Origin: the human T2T-CHM13v2.0 reference genome, Homo sapiens
Assembly (NCBI RefSeq): GCF_009914755.1
Contig: NC_060941.1
Direction: 5' to 3' (one strand)
DNA length: 64,000 nucleotides
Every line of letters begins with the position of its first letter. The stretch's first letter is position 1. Under the pieces are notes generated by a model, which was not told the DNA's origin, searched no databases, and saw nothing but the letters and a program-made list of their open reading frames with translations. Shown here one piece after another: positions 42,480 through 64,000 of this stretch. The position numbers were made by a program, and so were the translations under genes.

Positions 42480-42750
42480 GGGGAGGAGGGAGACAGGAGA
42501 CTGGAGCTGGAGTGAAGAGATGGAGGGTGAGGGGAGGGGGCAAACAGAATTGGGATGAAGAGAAGATGAGAGGTGGAGAAAAACAGAAGAAAAGGGAAGA
42601 AGAGGGGAAGCAGGAGGGAGGGAGGGGAGGAAAGAGAGAAGAAGAGAGGGAGGGATGTATGGAGAGATGGAAAGAGTGAAAGAAGGCCTTTGACAGGGAA
42701 AGGGAAAAGACAAGAAAGATGAGGCCAGGGCAGGGAGGAGGAGAAGGAAG
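42480..42750. repeat. GA-rich polypurine low-complexity tract
   Basis: Almost exclusively G and A on the plus strand. Confidence 0.8.
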
Positions 42751-43097
42751 GTACAGTCTGTATCTGTCCTTAACAGGACATATTATGAGCCACTGAGGCC
42801 CAGGTAGACCACAAGCCCAACTCCTGCAGGGCCACACCCAGCTTGACTTTAAGGCTCTAGATTTCACCATCTGATTCACATGTCTTGGGGAAAAAAATGG
42901 AAGACTCCTTCCACCTCCAGCTAGCTGCCTTCCCAGGCCTGCCAACCAGCCTTAGAAGACTGTGGTAGAAGGTGCAGGGCATGGAGCCGGTACTATCCTG
43001 ATCCGTTTTACCCCTGCTAGCACCTAGTAACCATCTCCTTGCCTTCCAAGGTTATAGCAATCCCCTAGTTAATGATGAAAGTAGGAAGAACTCTCGT

Positions 43098-43735
43098 GCA
43101 TTGCTGATGGGAATGTGAAATGGTTCAGCAGCTATGGAAAGCAGTTTGGCAGTTCTTTAAACATAGAATGACCCTATGATCCAACAGCCCAAATGTCCTT
43201 CAGTGGATGAATGGATACACAAATTGTGGTATATCCATACAATGGAATACTATTCATCCATAAAAAGGAATGAAGTACTAATACATGCTTCAACATGGAT
43301 GAACCTCAAAAACATCATGCTGGCTGGGCACCGTGGCTCAGGCCTGTAATCCCAGTGCTATGAGAGGCCAAGGCAGGATAATTCCTTGAGGCCAGGCGTT
43401 CGAGGCCAGCCTGGGCAATGTAGCAAGCCCCTATCTTTACAAAAAAATCCCCAGTCCCCACCAAAATATCATGTTAAGTGAAAGAAGCCAGTCATTAAAA
43501 GTCATATATTGTGTGATTCCATTTATATGAAATATTCAGAATAGGTAAATCCACAGAGATTTGCCTGGAGAGACGGGAGAACAGGGAGCAACTGTTAATG
43601 GGTATGAGGTTTCCATTTGGGATGATGAAAACGTGCTGGAACTATATAGAGTTGATGGTTGCACAGTATTATGAAAGCACTAAATGCCACTGAGTTGTTC
43701 ACTTTATAATGGTTAGTTTTATTAATATACTATGC
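43098..43735 (+). mobile_element. Old L1M 3' fragment with an inserted Alu monomer (43321-43447)
   Basis: Typical L1 3' motifs (tgctgatgggaatgtgaaatgg, atggatacacaaattgtggtatatccatacaatggaatac, aagtgaaagaagccag). Confidence 0.85.
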
Positions 43736-44163
43736 AAATCTCGCCTCAGAAAACAAAGTAATAATGAAAGTAGGAGTCTGCCAGGGAATTCAATGAGTAG
43801 AACCATCTGAAAAGTTCAGCTTATCTTCTTTGGAACAAAAGAGCTTGTGCCCACATGAGTCACAGCCTTTCCCGGTGTGCTGGAACACTGGGCACTGCTC
43901 TGAGGACTCTCAGAGGATGCTCGTAGGACCTTGAGATGTTTTCTGGCCCCAGGCTGCTCCCCGAAGCCTCTTCCTCTGCCTAGCCCTCACTCCATGGGGG
44001 CCTCCCTTTCAGGTTCCTGCCTCCCAAGCAGGTGGCAGACAGTTGATCTGTGCTTCGCATCTTCAGCTAACATCGTGCCATCTGCCCCAGTGGCAGGTCC
44101 ACCCCTCTCTGATCCTTTGCTCCGAACATAGCCTTCAAAGCCCTCTAGTTTTCTTTACCACAA

Positions 44164-44413
44164 TTTTTTTTTTTTTTTTAGTAAGTGCAGTGATGCGATC
44201 TTGGCTCACTGCAACCTCTGCCTCCCGAGTTCAAGTGATTCTCCTGCCTCAGCCTCCTGAGTAACTGGGATTACAGGCACGTGCCACCACGCCCGGCTAA
44301 TTTTTGTATTTTTAGTAGAGATGGGGTTTCACCACGTTGGCCAGGCTGGTCTTGAACTCCTGACCTCAAGTGATCTGCCCACTTCGACCTCCCAAAGTGC
44401 TGGGAGTACAGGC
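44164..44413 (-). mobile_element. Alu, partially deleted
   Basis: Reverse Alu lacking part of both ends. Confidence 0.88.
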
Positions 44414-44777
44414 CTACCACAGATTGTTTTCATCACCCCTTAAGTGAACCTCCTGCTCTCTGGAATCTCACATTCCCCACAGCACTCTCCCCACATGCCA
44501 GGCCCTGGGCTGCCTGCTCAGGGTGCAGCAGAGTGGGGAGGAGTTCCAGGGTGAATCAGGCTGTTCACTGCTCCTCCCTGCTCCAAAGCTTCCTATAGCC
44601 CCTTCTGCTCAAAGATCTTCCATGGCTCCCCATTCTCACACCAAGGGATTATAGGAACCTGAACCCTTTGAGGTCCTAACAAGAATTTTGCATTCTCTGT
44701 AAATAAATAAATGTGCCCATGTACAAGAAATGAGTGGGCCTCTTTGACCTCTGCAGCCCATCCAAGGACCTCTAAGG

Positions 44778-44997
44778 CAGAGCTACTCAAAGTGTGGTCC
44801 ATAGACCAGTGCCAGCCACTGGTTCACAAGAATACAGAAATGGAGAGTAAGCACTGAGAAACCTTTATAGCGATTGCCTGTACATCTAGGCACATGACCA
44901 CTTTTACTGTATTTTACAAAAATATGGGTATGCAATCAATTGGAAATTTTTTTAAAAGGCGGGGGTAGTCCTTCATTACAGAGTTTGAGAAACACTA
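44778..44997. mobile_element. hAT-Charlie non-autonomous DNA transposon
   Basis: Ends cagagctactcaaagtgtggtcc / gagtttgagaaacacta; 8-bp TSD CTCTAAGG (44770-44777) and CCCTAAGG (44998-45005). Confidence 0.7.
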
Positions 44998-45737
44998 CCC
45001 TAAGGACCCTTTCACTGCTGACCTACTCAATAAATTCAGGCTGGCATTCCAGGCCCTCCACGACCCCATCCTCTAATCTTTCCAGCCTTATTTCTGGCTA
45101 CCTCCCACAACACACACACACCCACACACACACACACACAATCTTCCCTTCACACTCCATGTCTTTGCCTATACTGTTCCCCTCCCCCATGGGGTTGTCC
45201 TTTCCTTCCTCTGCACCTGTTGACACCTGATTCTGGCCTCAAAGCCCAGCTCAAATTCCATTTCCTCAGTAAAGCCTTTCCAAATTCCACCCCCTTCCTT
45301 CCTTACACACATAAGCAAACACACAAACATATTCTAGCTGAACTTTGCACTCCCCTGGGCTTTCCTAACACCCATGTAGCTTTCTTTGTGGCCGTCTGTC
45401 TCTTCCTAGCCAAGGCAGAGCTGTGGTCCTCTCTGCCGGTGCCTCCTGGCCTCTCCCGCTCTGGGATGTCCAGCACCTCGCTGCATGGATTCTGGGCATT
45501 GCTATCCTGATTTGTACCCCACTCCCCTGGCCTCTCCTGTGGTTGCTCCTTTGTGTCCACCCATCTTCTGTGCTGGCCCCTCTGAGCTCCCCTCAGCAAG
45601 GACTCCATCCCACTCCCTGCCCCACTCCTGACTTCACCTCATCACCTGGGAGATCCGACCCTCTCAGCAATAACTGCTGGTATATGACTGGGACCAAAAA
45701 TTAGTGACATCTTGACATGTTAAGAACTGTAAAAAAA

Positions 45738-47306
<1,569 letters not shown>

Positions 47307-49071
47307 GCAGTTCAGCTTCATCAGAGTTAGAAAAATGCCTCAAGAATTCTGCCCACCTTGAGAAAGAGAGGGAAGGAGGGCATGTTTCATCTGAAAAGGG
47401 AGAAACTAAAATAATGATCACCGTGTGTGTGAAGGAGGAGACAAGCCAGGGAACACTCTAGGGGTTTCATGTCAGCAAGAGAGACTGAAATTAGCTCTGA
47501 GTGTGAACCTCCTGGCAGTGCAGGAGGGATGATGAAGGCCTGGCACCAGGGGGAGGATGCTGGGTGACTTCCTATTCAGAGATCATTCAACCAGGATTAA
47601 GGGTGGAGGCCCAGCCAGGCCTGCTGGGAGGCAGAGGACCGGAGCAGGTGACCACTTAAGCTGCCATGCAAGGGCAGAGCCTCGCCGACAGGGAGAGGCT
47701 GAGAAACGGATTATTAAGGCAGGGTCCAGAGCTTTAGAGTCTTCAAAGCAACCCCATAATCAAGGCTTCAAGGAGGCAAGCCAGGATTACGAATAACCTG
47801 TTTTCCTGATGAGAAAACTGAAGCCCAGAGAAGTTAAGAAACTTGTTTGAGGCCTCACAGGTGAGCCAGGACTTGAGCCCAGACCCTCAGTTCTTCAGTC
47901 CAGTGAGATGACCCCCACTGCCCTGCCTCTTGGGGCCAGAAGCTTCCCAGATAGGACCCAGGCCTCCTTTCTTGGTGGCTCTGTGAACTTCCCTAGGCCT
48001 TCTGCACCCCCACACCCCCATGCCACCCTCTCCACCAACACCCCAGCCACACAGCCCCAGAACAGGGCAGGGACAGCGGGGAGAGGCTGCAAATCCCTCT
48101 CCTAACAACTGAACTGAGGGAGGAAGGAGGTGGGAACAGGTCCCAAACTTCCATCTCACTTGTCCTCGCCCGTCTCCGTCTCAGACTCTCGTGATAGGAA
48201 AGTAGGCCAGTTTGGAATATGTCACGGATATTTTCAACAACCCCATCTGTACTATAGCTTCGCACACAGCCTACCGGGGTGGAGCCAGAGGCTTCCTGCC
48301 GGATGAGGAATACACCTGCTACCTCTGGGGCTCAGAGCCCAGATGGGGGCTGGGGACGTACACAGGGGACTCTGAAGGGCCAGGCATCCAGCAGTCAGGA
48401 TAGGGCGGGACAGGAGACCAGCTGTGTCTGTCCTCTTCCCAGAGCAGCGGGAGCAGAACAGCTGGGACCTACAGACACCATTCCACTGCCCTGCGACAGT
48501 GTGCCCTCCCAGCCTGTGGGTGGGGCACTGAGGAAGGAGCAATCAGTCCTCAGGGAAAGGGATCTGGAAAAGCTTTATGACAGAGGTGGCTGACATCTGA
48601 GTTGGGCCTTGAAAGCAAAGCAGGGTTTTGCTGAGTGGAAAAGAGGAGGAGGGTGTCTCTGGCCAAGGGAGAATGTTGAGAAAGCTGGGGCCAGCGCGCC
48701 GGGGCCAGCGTGCGGGAGCTGGTATGGCTTGGGGGTAGAGGGCTGCCCAGGGAGTGGCAGCAGGAGAGGCTGGGAGGTGGCAGGCTAGCGTTGGAGGAGC
48801 TGTGAATGGTGGATGCCCAGCTAAGGAGCTTCAGGTGGGCCCTGCAGGTGCCCACGGAGGCTTTTAAGTGATGTGATTCAGGAAGAACATGTAGCTATGG
48901 GCAGGAAGGAGTCAACTTGGGAGGGGCAGGGATGCAGAGGTTGAGTGAGTGTCCCTTCTGGACACCAGACACCCTGACCACATCCTTCTCCAGTCCACTA
49001 GCAGGGTAACCTCTCCTGACTGGGGAGAGAGGCCAATGTAAGAAATAAATTCCTTGTAAAAGTATTAGTGA

Positions 49072-50465
<1,394 letters not shown>

Positions 50466-52068
50466 CAGGTTCAGAAGCATCAAGTGACTTGCCCGACGAC
50501 ACAAGTTAATTTGTGACGTAGGCAGAATTCAGAGCCAGATCCCTTCTCACACCTACCCACTCTGCCTTTCAGCCCTGTGTCTCTGGCAGTTTATTTGGTC
50601 GGGAGGGGGCATCTGGCATGTTTGAGAGCGCTCAGCCTCTGTGTTTCCCAGTTTCTTCATCTGTAAAATGGGCCTGGGAGGGTTAGTGAGAGTGCACAGG
50701 TACAAGTCACTCAGCACAGTGACTGGTATGCACTCAACACTCAACAAATATTTATTGAGCAACTACTAGGAGCAAGATCATCTTTCAGTGGTTGGGGCAC
50801 AACCAGAAACAGAAATAATCTGCTCTTCCAAAGTGGATATTAAGATGAGGATTGAGAGGAGAATGGGCCAGAGGCACAGGGAATGTGCCCCATAAATGCT
50901 CCCACTGAGTCCCACCTTCTGGCTGTGGGAGCTTGAGCAAGTCTCTCTGGTGTGCTCTACGTGTGGATCTAGAAATTGGGAAGAAGGCGGAAGAAGCTCC
51001 CCACTGTGTAGCCGCTATGTATTACTATCACTGCCAGCCTCTGTGGTGAGCAGCCCTGTTCCAACCCCTGTGAGACCAGCAAAGCCCTTCCCAACCCTGC
51101 TCTGTTTTTGGCCACATCTGGGTCAGGCAGACGGGTGCACGCTTTGCCTTCTGTTCCCTCCCTTCCAGGACCCACAGCTCTGCTCCTTGTCCTGTTGCAG
51201 ACTCACAGCTGCCCAGCCCCCGTCCAGGCCCAGCCCTGAATCCGACGCAAGCATCCTGTCGGAGGCTGTAAGGGCTGGTGTTCAGGGGACACCTTTGAGG
51301 CCCTGATGCTGCCCTGAGCGTCGGGCTCCAACTCCTTACTTCCAAGGGTTGGGCTGCACTTCTGGCCAAAATCAAGGAGCTCCTCACAGAAAGACAAGGA
51401 AATCAAGGTCTAGCTCTAGGAACATAAAATAATCATAGTTGGGGTAATTCTTAAGCACTTAGGATATTATTTTATTTAGTTCCATCTGCGAGTATAAAAC
51501 CCCATTTTAGAGTTGATAAAACTGAGGCTCAGAAAAGTGAAGTGACTTGCCTGAGGCATCCAAAGCCCCTCTCTTCTTTACTTCCAGATTGATGGAAACA
51601 CTTGGCTCTGAATCCCTGGACTGTGTGTCCAACTTCCAGGCCGTGGCTGGACTCCAGTCCCCAAGTGTAACCAGAGGCAGGGGATCTGGGACCCCAGGAC
51701 TGGGGAGAAAGAGTCTGGCACCTCCCCATGGCTGTTGCGGCTCACATTGTCCCTTTCAGGAACAGCTGCTGCTCAGTCTCCTTCACCCCCAACCTCAGGG
51801 TCAGGAAGTGGGGCCACCGTTGGGAGGTGGGATCAGGCCCTTCCTAGGTCCCCATCGCTGTTTCCAAAACATCATTCTGTTACTTTCTTGCAAAAGCCTC
51901 TGCTCTATCCATCTGTGCCACCCTCACCGTGCCACCTACAGTGGCCTTGTCCATTGAACTCGCAATACTGCCTCTATTTGTTGAAGCCTTTTGACATCCC
52001 AATTCCTAGCATATCCTGGGTAACTTCAAAGCCTCAGCCTCTCAGTGCTGTGACCTTCACATGCCTGA

Positions 52069-52561
<493 letters not shown>

Positions 52562-52879
52562 CACTCTTTCTTCTCTTGTCAGCCCAGAGTCCCTGGTTTG
52601 TCAGATCATCTTAACTCCCCACACTCTGTCTTTTGGGGTTACACTTCCCTGACAAAACCCTAACATTTAGACTTCTGATTCAAGATGGTTACCCTTAACA
52701 CGTATGTTTGCCCCTCCATCCTGGACAATCCCTTTGAAATGACACAAAAAAATATCCTGGGGTTTTAAAACAGGCTTGATTTACTGATAGCACAACCTAA
52801 CAGAGAAGGAATCTATGACATCATAGAGGGCTCCACTAAGAGAGTGAATTTTCCCCGAAGAGCCCTAGACTTGTGTCTC

Positions 52880-59500
<6,621 letters not shown>

Positions 59501-59509
59501 TTAGTAAAA

Positions 59510-63495
<3,986 letters not shown>

Positions 63496-63530
63496 TGTCT
63501 ATGCATACAAAAAGGTCTGGAAATATAGAC

Positions 63531-63550
63531 AGACACACACATCCCCACAC

Positions 63551-63587
<37 letters not shown>

Positions 63588-63596
63588 CACACACAC
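63531..63596. repeat. (CA)n microsatellite
   Basis: Read directly from sequence. Confidence 0.9.
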
Positions 63597-63618
63597 TATT
63601 AGCAGTAATTATCCCTAA

Positions 63619-63965
<347 letters not shown>

Positions 63966-64000
63966 CAAAGGAATCCACTTTTAATCCTATACACATCTTT

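Overview
Primate genomic DNA, almost certainly human, containing the 5' part of SRCIN1 (p140Cap/SNIP; recalled location 17q12) on the minus strand plus about 27 kb of upstream intergenic DNA. The identification rests on exon 2 (9567-9868), whose translation DPERSSPPMLSADDAEYPREYRTLGGGGGGGSGGRRFSNVGLVHTSERRH...QDRMREQ I recognise from memory; no database search was run. Two phase-1 first coding exons can splice to it: 1a, MGNAPSQ (36761-36782), which needs a non-canonical GC donor, and 1b, MQPWQC...GEP (35556-35679). Intron 2 holds a 99-nt in-frame cassette exon (5953-6051) and an internal CpG island (~3.5-4.1 kb) with a strong donor. The next exon is not found in the window and presumably lies left of position 1. 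Positions 1-41 kb are GC-rich and Alu-poor. Positions 41-64 kb are dense in Alus, old L1 fragments and DNA transposon fossils, and include a full-length SVA (61281-63371). Nearly all other ORFs in the track are artefacts of GC-rich or repeat sequence. I cannot demonstrate a new biological system. The best unexplained signals are a 51-bp non-repeat-looking twin element 10.6 kb apart upstream of the promoter, a stop-interrupted Ala-rich ORF in the internal CpG island, three local templated duplications beside Alus, and an Alu whose poly(A) tail is replaced by a G-rich tail. Repeat boundaries and subfamilies are by eye and approximate.
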